This document shows, piece by piece, positions 39,353 to 49,662 of a DNA stretch of 64,000 nucleotides. Below the pieces are notes generated by a model. That model was not told the origin of the DNA, ran no database searches, and was given only the letters and a program-made list of their open reading frames with translations. Positions within the stretch are counted from its first letter, which is position 1; each line of letters starts with the position of its first letter. This DNA is from Candidatus Obscuribacteraceae bacterium (GTDB lineage: Bacteria > Cyanobacteriota > Vampirovibrionia > Obscuribacterales > Obscuribacteraceae). A program made the translations under genes and the position numbers. Location of the stretch: contig JBGAHS010000005.1 of the NCBI GenBank assembly GCA_044226015.1, forward strand, positions 224,001 to 288,000, written 5' to 3'.

Positions 39353-42130
39353 TTATTGAGCCTGTTTGTATGTATCGGCAATTTGTTTTTCATTGTCGAA
39401 CATGTTGCGGCTCAGTGATAGACCGGTTCCAACACCAGCCTTTGTGGTCCAGTTACTGAATGTAGTTTTCGCAAGAGGATGCGCATCAGTGAACTGATTG
39501 AAGTTTCTGCCAATGAAGTTAGCCGGCTGCACAACAACTGAAGAGAGCTTGAATGGACCCTTCGGCAACTGCGGAGGAGCAGGCACAAAATTGTCATGCG
39601 CATACTGCGAGGTCAGGCTTCTGGAGATGCCATTGATTCTTTCGAGAAGAACATCTGGTGCGATGTGACCGGAGGCACCAGCTTCCGGATTTTGGTTCAA
39701 GGCTTTCATCCAGGCTGAAAGACCAGCGGAGTAGACATCTTCGATAGCGTGTTTGCTCTTCGCAAAGTCGGCAATCGTTGACTCGCCTTTGCGTGCTGCT
39801 GTGGCAAATTTATCGGCAAGTCCGTCAATTCTTGGGAATGTCGTGTTCATGTCTGGGTAGACATCACGCAGCCTTGCATTGTTGAGTGCGGGCAGCGGAG
39901 TTTCGAGCTGAGCTTTGACGATTCCTGGAATGATTGCATCCCATTCTTTTATTGGAATAGAAATTGCCTGACCTTTGTTGTCCATCGATGCCCAAACATA
40001 GTTGTCACCCGGACGACGCAGGTTTTCAGCCAGAGCATCTAGCTGATTTGCATATTCAACTACTTTCGCATTGTTGTTTGAGAGTTGGCGCAGAACTTCT
40101 GCACCCAGTTTGACTCTCCATGAATCGATGCCGTGTACTTCGATGCCCAATGGGTTGTTGACTGGGTCGACGAATTCAGAGCCGTACATACTTCTTGTTT
40201 CTAGTTTTCCAGGTGCACCGGCTGGTGCTCCTTCTGGTGGCTTGCGCAATGAACCCAGCAGGGTTGCTAGAGACAATGGTGTGTGTGGGTCGATGGCTGT
40301 GCCGAATATATCAGCAGTGTTTTCGTTGGCTTCAGCCAGCAGCAACTTGGTGAAGAAGTCGCTCTTCTTCATGCTGCCAACTCCGGGAATTTCAACGTTG
40401 GTGTCGGCAATTCCTTTGGACTTCATCGCGCTTGCGACTACGTCTTGCTTGAGTACGTTGTCTCTCAGGTTGTCTGGGAATCTGAGCAGATCACCGTAAA
40501 TCAGGTCATGTCCAAGTTCGTGTGAGTAGACTCCGGAGACGTGAACGCCGAGCATGCTCTGATATTCACGAGGCAGCACGATAACTGCTGTGTCTGTGAC
40601 GCCTTTGATTGCTGGAATTGTGTATGGACCGGCTCCGTTGGAGTCGAAGATCAAGAAGATCGGTGAGTTTGTGCCACGAAGTACGTTTTCTGGATTGATA
40701 CCATTCTTGGTGAGCAAGTCCATCAGATTCTTATGTACTGAACGTGAATACTGATTGAGCTCAACAATTTCTGGCATAACTTCTGGAATGCCCATCTGAA
40801 CGTTAGCCACGCGATGGTGCTCAAGCAAAAATCCTGCTTGTTTGACGTGTTCAGGCGTTTCAATTTGCGAAGCCAACTCAATGAGTGACTTGTTGTTGCC
40901 CCAGTGTCCTTCGTCCAGCGGTGGCTTGCCCGTTCTCATTGTTTGAGTCAGTGGTGACTGAACGCTTTCTTTGAAGTTGGCGATCTGTTTTGCAGTGTCG
41001 CTGGTTCTTTCAGAGATATCGCGCATGGTGACCGACATCTGTCCGACAGTCTGTGCATTCTTATCTAGTGGGCGAGCCGGAGGTGCTGAATCTGAGCCCG
41101 TCTTGTCACCTGGCTTCGCTCCTTCAGCTGCTCTGCCCGGGTCTTCGAAATGCTTGCGCACTCCTGCCTCGGCTTTGGCTGCTTCGCCTAATTTGCCTGG
41201 CGCAGCTTCTGCTGTTGCTGCTGCTGGTTTGCTGTCGCCGAGCAAAGCGTCAAGGGTCGATTGAAGTTCTTGTTTGTGCCACTTCTTGTGTTGAAGGTAA
41301 GCTTCAAATGCCTTTTCCGCGTCGGGTGAAAAATTCTTTGGTGCAGCGTGCTCATGATCCATGTTTTCACGAATCAATTTCAGTTTGTCATCAAGCGTTA
41401 ATCTCGCATCTGCCGGATTGCCATTCTTGATGCTCTGGAGTTTCTCTTCCATGGTCGGCATAGTGCTTTCGCCTGGCTTGCCTTTGAAGAGTCTATTTAG
41501 TGGGCTATTAGGACCATTGTAGAAGTCTTCTTTCCAGCCTTCGAATGCCCTTCCGGTAGCCGTTTTGTTCAGGGCAAGCCCTGTGAGTTTGTCAGCAGCC
41601 ATACCGACTGGCAGACCTGCGGCCATGTCTACGGCGAACAAACCTAAGCCGTTACTCATGTTGGTAGCAGCATTATGAATATTCTTCAGACTCTTGTCGT
41701 CGGAAACCTGACTGTATGCATTGAGAACTGGTGTTGCTGCGTCTTTCACCATTAAATAGGTGAAGAGAGTGCCGACTACTGCCTTAGCTGCTCCTGCTTG
41801 TGGAAGCAGAAATCTAACGCCAGCACCCATTGCTGCGGCGGTTCCCATCTTGATTCCAAATTCGCCAGGGTTGTCCCAGTTGTGCTTGACGCCATTTAAG
41901 ACGCCTTGTGGCAACAAACTCAGACCTTCTGCCGTGACCAGCGCATATCGACCAGCTTTGTATTCTGCAATTGATTGCAATGTGCGGTCAGAATTTGACA
42001 TGGTGTTATTGGTGGTGGCACCAATTAACTCGCTTCTTGTCAAACTCATGCGCAATGCTTCACTTGCGTCCTTGGTCTCATCTTTGTTTGGCAGTTTGTC
42101 TGCCGAGTTCATTATTGATTGTTCACCCAT
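39353..42130 (-). CDS. Large hypothetical protein with an HExxH zinc-metallopeptidase-like domain
   Basis: YSHELGHDL and downstream EANENTADIFG; Gly/Ala-rich hydrophobic helices near the N-terminus; no signal peptide. Confidence 0.8.
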   Translation of the reverse strand: MGEQSIMNSADKLPNKDETKDASEALRMSLTRSELIGATTNNTMSNSDRTLQSIAEYKAGRYALVTAEGLSLLPQGVLNGVKHNWDNPGEFGIKMGTAAAMGAGVRFLLPQAGAAKAVVGTLFTYLMVKDAATPVLNAYSQVSDDKSLKNIHNAATNMSNGLGLFAVDMAAGLPVGMAADKLTGLALNKTATGRAFEGWKEDFYNGPNSPLNRLFKGKPGESTMPTMEEKLQSIKNGNPADARLTLDDKLKLIRENMDHEHAAPKNFSPDAEKAFEAYLQHKKWHKQELQSTLDALLGDSKPAAATAEAAPGKLGEAAKAEAGVRKHFEDPGRAAEGAKPGDKTGSDSAPPARPLDKNAQTVGQMSVTMRDISERTSDTAKQIANFKESVQSPLTQTMRTGKPPLDEGHWGNNKSLIELASQIETPEHVKQAGFLLEHHRVANVQMGIPEVMPEIVELNQYSRSVHKNLMDLLTKNGINPENVLRGTNSPIFLIFDSNGAGPYTIPAIKGVTDTAVIVLPREYQSMLGVHVSGVYSHELGHDLIYGDLLRFPDNLRDNVLKQDVVASAMKSKGIADTNVEIPGVGSMKKSDFFTKLLLAEANENTADIFGTAIDPHTPLSLATLLGSLRKPPEGAPAGAPGKLETRSMYGSEFVDPVNNPLGIEVHGIDSWRVKLGAEVLRQLSNNNAKVVEYANQLDALAENLRRPGDNYVWASMDNKGQAISIPIKEWDAIIPGIVKAQLETPLPALNNARLRDVYPDMNTTFPRIDGLADKFATAARKGESTIADFAKSKHAIEDVYSAGLSAWMKALNQNPEAGASGHIAPDVLLERINGISRSLTSQYAHDNFVPAPPQLPKGPFKLSSVVVQPANFIGRNFNQFTDAHPLAKTTFSNWTTKAGVGTGLSLSRNMFDNEKQIADTYKQAQ

Positions 42131-42607
42131 GACTCGTTCAATCCCTTATTGAGTCCACCTTGAATACTTAGACGTTAGTTGAAGCCAGCACCAATGTCGA
42201 TACCTGTACGCCGCAGGCGCGTACGTGTAACTCCCACTGAGATAATTCGTTGTGTTTAAGTACAGCAAAGAGAAAATATGCGAAAATCCGCATGGAGAGC
42301 GGAATGCGCTGTGCCTTAAAACTGGAAAACATTCAAGTTGAACTTACTCTCATACTTGTATTTGTTTCGTCCAGTACGCGGGAAATGACAGTTCATGCGG
42401 GTCTTCTGTGGATGAGCTTGCACTCATCTGAAAGCGAATTCAGAATCTCTAAAGCAGATCTGAATGCAGTCAAGAAACTACTTTTGATGAAGATGCGCTT
42501 CACAGCTCAGTTTCGCAAGGTGGAAATTTCAGATGAATGCATGCTCATATGATCAGCCATTAAGGTGAGCGCATCACTAAGAGTAGAGCGAAAAGAAAAA
42601 TTGTTGG

Positions 42608-43402
42608 GTGGAAAGAATGACTACAGAGCAAATGACAAAGACAGAAACTAATTTGGATGCCGCAAGAATGTTGAAAGATCAAGTTGCAATCGTTACCGGC
42701 TCAGGACGCGGCATCGGTCGCGCCATTGCTGAAAAACTGATGGGCTTCGGAGCAAAGATAGTTATCTCCGATATCAATGAAGAGCTTTGCAATCAAACCG
42801 CAAGTGAATTGAAAGATAAGGGCGATGTGCTGGCAGTTGCTTGCAACGTCACCGTATCCGAAACCGTAGATAAGATGGTTGAAGCCGTTATGGCGAAATG
42901 GGGACGCATCGATATTCTCGTGAACAATGCTGGCATCACGCGTGATGCTCTGTTCATGCGTATGTCAGAAGACCAGTGGCAAGCTGTTATCGACACAAAT
43001 CTAACTTCAGCGTTCAAGGTCAGCAAACCAGTTCTGAAAGTAATGTCAAAACAAAGATATGGACGCATCGTCAATATCGCCAGCACCTCAGGAGTTCATG
43101 GCAATTTTGGTCAGGTCAATTATGCTGCAGCTAAAGCTGGCTTAATCGGTTTCACTAAAACAGTGGCAATTGAGTATGCTTCGCGCAACATCACATCTAA
43201 TGCTGTGGCTCCTGGCTTCATAGACACAGCGATGACTCAGGCTCTTGGCGAAGATGTCGTCAAGAAGATCCTCGACAAGGTTCCGTCCGGACGAATGGGG
43301 ACTCCAGACGATATTGCAAATGCAGTTCTGTTCTTTGCAAGCCCACTCTCCTCATATGTAACTGGCCAGACCCTTGAAGTAAGTGGTGGTCTTTATACAT
43401 AA
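42608..43402 (+). CDS. fabG: 3-oxoacyl-ACP reductase
   Basis: TGSGRGIG, VNNAGITRD, NYAAAKAG, APGFIDT; upstream of acpP-fabF. Start may be a downstream ATG. Confidence 0.93.
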   Translation: MERMTTEQMTKTETNLDAARMLKDQVAIVTGSGRGIGRAIAEKLMGFGAKIVISDINEELCNQTASELKDKGDVLAVACNVTVSETVDKMVEAVMAKWGRIDILVNNAGITRDALFMRMSEDQWQAVIDTNLTSAFKVSKPVLKVMSKQRYGRIVNIASTSGVHGNFGQVNYAAAKAGLIGFTKTVAIEYASRNITSNAVAPGFIDTAMTQALGEDVVKKILDKVPSGRMGTPDDIANAVLFFASPLSSYVTGQTLEVSGGLYT

Positions 43403-43405
43403 GAG

Positions 43406-43504
43406 GATTGCCTGAAGCAGAAGCTTATGTGATTGCTTGATCTTGGCGCTTATGTGATTGCCTGAGGCGGGCGCTCGTCTGTTTGCCTGAAACAGGCGCT
43501 AATC
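43406..43504. repeat. 25-bp tandem array, four units
   Basis: GATTGCCTGAAGCAGAAGCTTATGT / GATTGCTTGATCTTGGCGCTTATGT / GATTGCCTGAGGCGGGCGCTCGTCT / GTTTGCCTGAAACAGGCGCTAATC. Confidence 0.85.
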
Positions 43505-43514
43505 GATTATCTTG

Positions 43515-43543
43515 AAAAGCTCAGCTGAGAGGCTGAGCTTTTT
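43515..43543 (+). terminator. Rho-independent terminator after fabG
   Basis: AAAAGCTCAGC-TGAGAG-GCTGAGCTTTTT. Confidence 0.85.
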
Positions 43544-43896
43544 CTTCATGAAGTTGCGTCGGGAATATGGACTTTTTCTCATATCTCTCTTGTTTCCTCA
43601 GAGAGCATATTCAGGAGAATGCTATTGGCTATAAGGCGCAGATGGCAAGCGCATCTGGAAGCTCTGTTTCCGCGTCAAAAAGCCACTTGTAATCTGCAGA
43701 ATTCCCCTAAGCATTTTCGCGGCAATATGTCTGCTTCTTGATATGGAAAAATTGCTGAAAAGAACATTCTGCAATAAACGATTTACCTAATGCTTGTGCT
43801 GCTTTTATCGTGTTATTCTAATGCGTCTGGACAGAGAATATCTGGCTTGAAACCGTCACGCACGCTTGTATTTCCGAAATGGGGGAATTAGGACAC

Positions 43897-44136
43897 ATGG
43901 ATGAAAAGGAAGCCTTCGAAAGAGTAAAGAAGGTTGCCGTTGCACAGCTCAGCGTTAACCCTGACGAAGTAACACAGGAAGCTAGCTTTACCAAAGACCT
44001 CGGCGCGGATTCACTTGACACGGTTGAGCTTGTAATGGCGCTCGAAGAAGAATTCGGTATGGAAATTCCTGACGAAGATGCCGAAAAGATCACTACCGTT
44101 GGTGAAGCTGTTAAATACATTTCTGCTCATCTTTAA
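43897..44136 (+). CDS. acpP: Acyl carrier protein
   Basis: [20 protein letters not shown]; start ATG 43897 after AGGA. Confidence 0.98.
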   Translation: MDEKEAFERVKKVAVAQLSVNPDEVTQEASFTKDLGADSLDTVELVMALEEEFGMEIPDEDAEKITTVGEAVKYISAHL

Positions 44137-44323
44137 GCAGAAATTTGTCAGTCATAAACTCAGCTCAGCCCTGTGCTGAGCTGCAGCTTTGCTGAGTACA
44201 ATGTTGAGTCTTAGCGTCACACGCGCTAAAGCTTTGCTTGTACTATTGTTTGTGACGTCTGCAATGGAACTTTGATTTGCCTGGCTCACGTCAGGCAGGT
44301 CGCAGGGTGCAAGGGTAGGGGCA

Positions 44324-45574
44324 ATGAGCCAAGAAAGAGTAGTCGTAACTGGAATAGGAGTTGTCACCTCTCTCGGGTTAGACAAGGACACCTTCTGGAA
44401 AAACCTTCTAGCAGGCAAATCCGGTATCAGTTCACTGAGCCTCATACAACAGAGCTTGCAATCGACCTGCAAAATTGCGGGCGAAATAAAAGATTGGGAT
44501 CCTCTCAAATACATGGAAGCCAAACAAGCGAAAAGAATGGATCGCTTCATTCAGTTCGCTGTAGCAGCCAGCCATATTGCTGTGAAGGATGCTGATCTCA
44601 AAATGGAGAACGAAGACCCGACTCGCGTCGGTGTAGTCGTTGGCTCCGCCGCTGGTGGCTTCGACACCATCGAAAAGAATTACAAGATTCTCATGGAGAA
44701 AGGACCTGATCGTTGTTCTCCATTTACCGTGCCTATGTTGATCGTCAATATGGCAGCCGGTTGGGTCTCGATGATTCACAATGCGAAAGGTCCGAATACT
44801 TGCGCAGTAACAGCTTGCGCCACGTCTGCTCATTCGATTGGAGATGCGGCTCGCATTATTCAGCGTGGTGATGCTGATGTTATGTTCGCTGGTGGAGCTG
44901 AAGCTCCCGTGACCGCACTCTGCATGGCAGGGTTCGCCGCGGCAAGGACACTCTCGTTGAGAAATGACGCACCAGAAAGAGCCAGTCGTCCATTCGATAA
45001 AGATCGCGATGGATTCGTTATGGCTGAAGGCGCCGCCATTCTTATTTTAGAATCTCTGACTCACGCTAAAAAACGCGGAGCCAAGATTTACGCAGAATTC
45101 GCCGGTTATGGAATGACTGGCGATGCTCATGATATTGTCGCCCCTTGTGCTGATGGTGATGGCGCCATGCGAGCAATAAATGCAGCACTAAAAGATGCTA
45201 ATCTGCGCCATGAACAAGTCGACTACGTGAATGCTCATGGAACCTCGACCCCGCTAGGTGATAAGGCTGAAACACTGGCTATTAAGCGGGCTTTCGGTGA
45301 TCACGCCAAGAAATTAGCGGTGAGTTCCACCAAGTCGATGACAGGGCATTTGCTCGGCGCGACAGGCGCATTAGAAGCTGCAGTATCCGTAATGTCGATC
45401 ACAGATTCGGCAATACCACCTACAATAAACCTCGACAACCAAGATCCTGAATGTGACCTCGATTATGTGGCTAATAAAGCACGTCTCAACCAGAATGTGC
45501 GAGTGACAATGTCGAATAGCTTCGGATTCGGCGGGCATAATGCTTGCCTCGTTTTCAAGAAATACGAAGACTAG
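44324..45574 (+). CDS. fabF: Beta-ketoacyl-ACP synthase II
   Basis: RVVVTGIG, TACAT (catalytic Cys), NAHGTST, KSMTGHLLGA, NSFGFGGHN. Confidence 0.97.
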   Translation: MSQERVVVTGIGVVTSLGLDKDTFWKNLLAGKSGISSLSLIQQSLQSTCKIAGEIKDWDPLKYMEAKQAKRMDRFIQFAVAASHIAVKDADLKMENEDPTRVGVVVGSAAGGFDTIEKNYKILMEKGPDRCSPFTVPMLIVNMAAGWVSMIHNAKGPNTCAVTACATSAHSIGDAARIIQRGDADVMFAGGAEAPVTALCMAGFAAARTLSLRNDAPERASRPFDKDRDGFVMAEGAAILILESLTHAKKRGAKIYAEFAGYGMTGDAHDIVAPCADGDGAMRAINAALKDANLRHEQVDYVNAHGTSTPLGDKAETLAIKRAFGDHAKKLAVSSTKSMTGHLLGATGALEAAVSVMSITDSAIPPTINLDNQDPECDLDYVANKARLNQNVRVTMSNSFGFGGHNACLVFKKYED

Positions 45575-45734
45575 TAGCCAAAGACTTGAAAACGAACAGT
45601 TAGCTGAGCAATCATTTTGACATTCTGATCGATTTGATTGGCAAATCTAATTGCTTGGAACAAAAGCCAGCTTTTGATCAACTAGATCACTAGCTCAGCG
45701 GTTTACGTACGGATGAGATACGGATTATTTTGCA

Positions 45735-47222
45735 ATGGAATTGATTGGCAAAGGCATTTCTGAGTTAAGAGAGCTTCTCGACACGAAGAAAGTGAGTGCT
45801 CGCGAGCTGGCTACCCAGCATATTGAGCAGGCAGAACGAACCGAAGCACAGCTCGGGGCGTTTCTTCTGATAACAAAAGAATTGGCAATGCAGCAGGCTG
45901 ATGCGGCCGACAAGCTACTTGGGCAAGGCGGTGCTAATTCACGTCTTTGCGGAATTCCAATCGCCCTTAAAGACAATATGTGTGTTGCGGGGTATGCCAC
46001 TACTTGTGGTTCCAAAATTTTGCATAATTTTGTGCCACCATATCAATCAACTGTTGCTGAACGACTCAGCGCAGCAGGCGCCGTCATAATTGGCAAAACC
46101 AATATGGATGAGTTTGCCATGGGGTCATCGACTGAGAACTCATCAGTAAAAGTTTGCAAGAACCCATGGAATGAAAAATGCGTTCCTGGTGGTAGCTCGG
46201 GTGGGTCTGCAGCTGCGGTTGCTGCTGGAAGCACCGTTGTCGCTTTGGGCTCTGACACTGGCGGTTCGATCAGGCAGCCAGCTTCGTTATGTGGCGTAGT
46301 CGGCATGAAACCCACCTATGGCACGGTATCAAGATTTGGACTCGTTGCTTACGCTTCGAGCCTCGATCAAATTGGACCTTTTGGACGTCGCGTGGAAGAT
46401 GTGGCAGACACATTGCAGCTGATCTCTGGTCATGATGCCAAAGATTCGACTTCTTACAATGAGACACTGCCCGATTATTCGAGCGAAATGAAGAAGCCGA
46501 TTAAAGGAATGAAAATCGGACTGATTAAAGAATTGCTCGGCGATGGCATAGATGATGACGTTAAAGCTGCGGTGCGCTCGGCAGCTGAAAAATTGCAGAG
46601 TCTGGGCGCCGAACTCATTGAAGTTTCAATGCCTCAGTTGAAACATGCGCTGCCAGTTTATTATTTGATTGCGACAGCTGAAGCGTCTTCCAATCTTGCT
46701 AGATTTGACGGAGTTCGATATGGACATAGAAGCAAGAGCGCGACTGACTTGCTCAATATGTACTTGAGCACGCGCCAGGAAGGTTTTGGAGCAGAAGTAA
46801 AACGAAGAATCATGCTTGGAACTTATGCATTGAGTTCTGGCTATTACGATGCGTATTACAAGAAAGCTCAGCAAGTGAGAAGGCTTATCAAAGAAGAGTT
46901 TGATAAGCAGTTTTCCCAGCTCGATTTGTTGGTATCACCGACGGCACCATCAGTTGCGTTCGAAATTGGTGCAAAAATAGATGATCCGCTCACAATGTAC
47001 CTGCAAGACATTGCCACTATTCCTGCCAATCTGGCTGGTATTCCGGGCATTTCTGTTCCTTGCGGAATGAGCAGCAGCAATCTGCCCATCGGTCTTCAAA
47101 TTTTGGGACCTGCTTTGTCTGATGCAAAAGTACTGCAAGCTGCCTACGCTTTTGAACAGGCAACTGACTTTCACTCAAAGCGCCCCGAGAGTTTCTTTTC
47201 TAAATCTGTATCGCACGCATAA
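45735..47222 (+). CDS. gatA: Asp/Glu-tRNA amidotransferase subunit A
   Basis: GKTNMDEFAMGSS, PGGSSGGS, GSDTGGSIRQPA, GFGAEVKRRIMLGTYALSSGYYDAYY. Confidence 0.97.
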   Translation: MELIGKGISELRELLDTKKVSARELATQHIEQAERTEAQLGAFLLITKELAMQQADAADKLLGQGGANSRLCGIPIALKDNMCVAGYATTCGSKILHNFVPPYQSTVAERLSAAGAVIIGKTNMDEFAMGSSTENSSVKVCKNPWNEKCVPGGSSGGSAAAVAAGSTVVALGSDTGGSIRQPASLCGVVGMKPTYGTVSRFGLVAYASSLDQIGPFGRRVEDVADTLQLISGHDAKDSTSYNETLPDYSSEMKKPIKGMKIGLIKELLGDGIDDDVKAAVRSAAEKLQSLGAELIEVSMPQLKHALPVYYLIATAEASSNLARFDGVRYGHRSKSATDLLNMYLSTRQEGFGAEVKRRIMLGTYALSSGYYDAYYKKAQQVRRLIKEEFDKQFSQLDLLVSPTAPSVAFEIGAKIDDPLTMYLQDIATIPANLAGIPGISVPCGMSSSNLPIGLQILGPALSDAKVLQAAYAFEQATDFHSKRPESFFSKSVSHA

Positions 47223-47249
47223 TGCAATGAGTCCACTGAGGTAAATCAA

Positions 47250-47690
47250 ATGACCATGAACGAGTTGAATCCACAAACAAACAGCAATTTGCTGAAATTG
47301 GCTTCGCTGGCTGTGCTTGCCATCAGCCTGGCTCTTCCCATCAGCGCTTTGGCACAAGGCGGAAGTAATGATTTCTTCGGCAGCTCAGTTCCATCGAGTG
47401 GCGGTAGCGGTGGCAGTGGCGTCGAGCGCCCACCTGGTGTTGCTGCTGCAGAACAGCAGGCACTAAAAGCTCAGGGCAATGAATTCACTTCTGATGAAAA
47501 AAGAATGCAGAAAAAATTCAAAGCGAACTTGCGTGCAGCTGAAGACCTGATTTCGAAAGCTGAGAAGATGGTCAAAGAAGGCGAGAAGAAAAAAGACGAC
47601 AAAATGGTCAAGAAAGGCAAGATTCTCAAAGAAGTTGCAGAAAAAAGACGGAATGAACTGAAGGAAAACAATCCGCTTCCGGAAAAATAA
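47250..47690 (+). CDS. Secreted hypothetical protein
   Basis: Signal peptide ending ALA, Gly/Ser linker, Lys/Glu-rich helical C-terminus. Confidence 0.75.
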   Translation: MTMNELNPQTNSNLLKLASLAVLAISLALPISALAQGGSNDFFGSSVPSSGGSGGSGVERPPGVAAAEQQALKAQGNEFTSDEKRMQKKFKANLRAAEDLISKAEKMVKEGEKKKDDKMVKKGKILKEVAEKRRNELKENNPLPEK

Positions 47691-47866
47691 AGTTTCCTGA
47701 CCTTTTGAAAAACTATAAGCTTGCGCTAGGGGGAAACCTGTAATTCACTGGGGGCACGCCTGCAGCGATACTCAAGCTCATGATTTAGAATTGAAAGTTA
47801 TTCATGCTAGATCAATGCATGTGTTGCGGCTCTATACTAATGTCCACTTGCAAGGTGATCCTGCAT

Positions 47867-48244
47867 ATGAACAAACTTCTAGTACTAGTTGTAGATGACG
47901 ATCCAGTGCAGCGATTCGTTGCTCAAAAACAACTGCAACGTTTTGGTCTTGATTCAATGGTTGCGACTAACGGCCAACAAGCTGTTGCCGTTGCAGAACT
48001 TCATACATTCGACTTGATTTTAATGGATGTTCAAATGCCCGTTATGGACGGGCTTGAAGCCACTATTGCTATCAGAGCTTCTGTGACTAAAAAAAATACG
48101 CATACGCCAATTATTGCTGTGACCGCAAATCCTGACCGTGAGCAATGTGTGCTTGCTGGTATGAGTGATTACCTGTTCAAACCTGTTGTGCTGGAAGAGT
48201 TACAGACAATCTTGAATAAGTGGATTCTAGACAAAGCTGGCTAA
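47867..48244 (+). CDS. Single-domain response regulator receiver
   Basis: VLVVDDD, LILMDVQMPVMDG, IIAVTA, AGMSDYLFKP; probable start 47867. Confidence 0.92.
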   Translation: MNKLLVLVVDDDPVQRFVAQKQLQRFGLDSMVATNGQQAVAVAELHTFDLILMDVQMPVMDGLEATIAIRASVTKKNTHTPIIAVTANPDREQCVLAGMSDYLFKPVVLEELQTILNKWILDKAG

Positions 48245-48393
48245 AAGGTAACTCTTAATCTCACGTTTGTACTCGTTTTGATCAGGACGAGACAATTTCT
48301 GTTATATCGCTATAGAATATACATGTTCCATTGGGGCAGCCTCACAGTTTGGAATGGGGCAGGTGGAAGCGTACTTTTGCGTGGAGATGGGTA

Positions 48394-49263
48394 ATGAAGC
48401 AATCTGTAAATAAGCTTGCGGATGTTCTGAGTGAATCAAAGTCCGAGTTGACTGAGAAGTGGACAAAGTTTCAAATTCAAGATGAAAGCCGTCGCTCAGA
48501 TTTGCTTTCTGATGCTGCTGTGAAATCACAGAGTGCTGAGTTTTTAGAGCTATTTCTAAAAGCTCTGAGGAAATGCGAAACCCTCAGCAGCACTTCTGAA
48601 GAGTGGTCTAGTGTGCTTGCTTTCCTGGCAGACCTGTCGGCTTCTCGAGCCAGGCAAGGGTTTACGCCGACTGAAACAGCTAAGTTCATCTTCTCGATGA
48701 AGCAGCCATTGTTCGAAATTTTGAATTCTAAATACGGAAAGTCTGAGTCCGCTCAATTGGCAGAGGATGTCTGGAGTATTTCAACTCTGCTTGATCAATT
48801 GGGCTTGTACACAACTGAAGTTTTCCAGAAAAGTCGCGAAGCCATTATTAAGCGTCAGCAAAAAGATATTCTGGAGATGTCGACTCCAGTAATCAAGCTT
48901 TGGGAAGGCGTTCTTGTTGTTCCTTTGATTGGTACTCTTGATAGTGCAAGAACTCAAACAATCATGGAAACGCTATTGGAAGAGATTGTAAAAACCGGCT
49001 CGAAAATCGCCTTGCTCGACATCACCGGAGTTCCTACTGTCGATACACAAACTGCTCAGCATCTTATCAAGACAGTCACTGCAGCGCGCCTAATGGGTGC
49101 TGATTGCATGATTTGTGGTATTCGCCCACAGATTGCTCAAACGATTGTGCATCTCGGAATTGATATTGTTGATGTGACAACGAAAGCCACCATGGCTGAT
49201 GCGATCAGGGAATCTCTCGGACGCGTGGGTTGGAGCATTAACAGGCTCGTTCCTAATCAATGA
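48394..49263 (+). CDS. rsbR: Stressosome scaffold/sensor RsbR (N-terminal helical domain plus STAS)
   Basis: STPVIKLWEGVLVVPLIGTLDSAR, DITGVPTVDT, GIRPQIAQTIVHLG; GGAG RBS before 48394. Confidence 0.93.
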   Translation: MKQSVNKLADVLSESKSELTEKWTKFQIQDESRRSDLLSDAAVKSQSAEFLELFLKALRKCETLSSTSEEWSSVLAFLADLSASRARQGFTPTETAKFIFSMKQPLFEILNSKYGKSESAQLAEDVWSISTLLDQLGLYTTEVFQKSREAIIKRQQKDILEMSTPVIKLWEGVLVVPLIGTLDSARTQTIMETLLEEIVKTGSKIALLDITGVPTVDTQTAQHLIKTVTAARLMGADCMICGIRPQIAQTIVHLGIDIVDVTTKATMADAIRESLGRVGWSINRLVPNQ

Positions 49264-49272
49264 AGGTAAATA

Positions 49273-49662
49273 ATGGACAAAATTCCAATCCTCAAGGTCG
49301 GGCAGATTTTACTGGTTTCGATTCAAATTGATTTCCACGATAGAATTGCTCTTGCTTTGTTAGATGACCTCTCGGAGAAAATTGTTGAAACCTCTGCTAA
49401 GGGTGTTTTGATAGACATCTCTGCTTTGGAAATGGTCGATTCTTTTATGGGCAGAGTACTAGGCAATATTGCAAAAACGGCACGCTTGCTCGATGCTGAA
49501 ACCTGCCTGGTTGGAATGCAACCTGCTATCGCAATAACAATCACAGAGCTAGGTATTTCTCTAAAAGGAATCACCACAGCTCTGGATGCTGAGCAGGGAA
49601 TGGAAATTTTGAAGCGAAAAATCGAGGCCAAAAACGGAGCCTATTCTTTTCATGCAGGTTAA
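49273..49662 (+). CDS. rsbS: Stressosome STAS protein RsbS
   Basis: IPILK..LLVSIQ, IDISALEMVDSF (phospho-Ser), VGMQPAIAITITELG. Confidence 0.95.
   Translation: MDKIPILKVGQILLVSIQIDFHDRIALALLDDLSEKIVETSAKGVLIDISALEMVDSFMGRVLGNIAKTARLLDAETCLVGMQPAIAITITELGISLKGITTALDAEQGMEILKRKIEAKNGAYSFHAG

Noticed and set aside
42250..42552. 100-aa ORF upstream of fabG
   Set aside because: TTG start without a clear RBS, no recognisable features, lies in a divergent promoter region.
45691..45725. tRNA (TAGCTCAGCGG resembles a D-arm start)
   Set aside because: No T-arm GTTCRA motif or acceptor stem at the expected distance.
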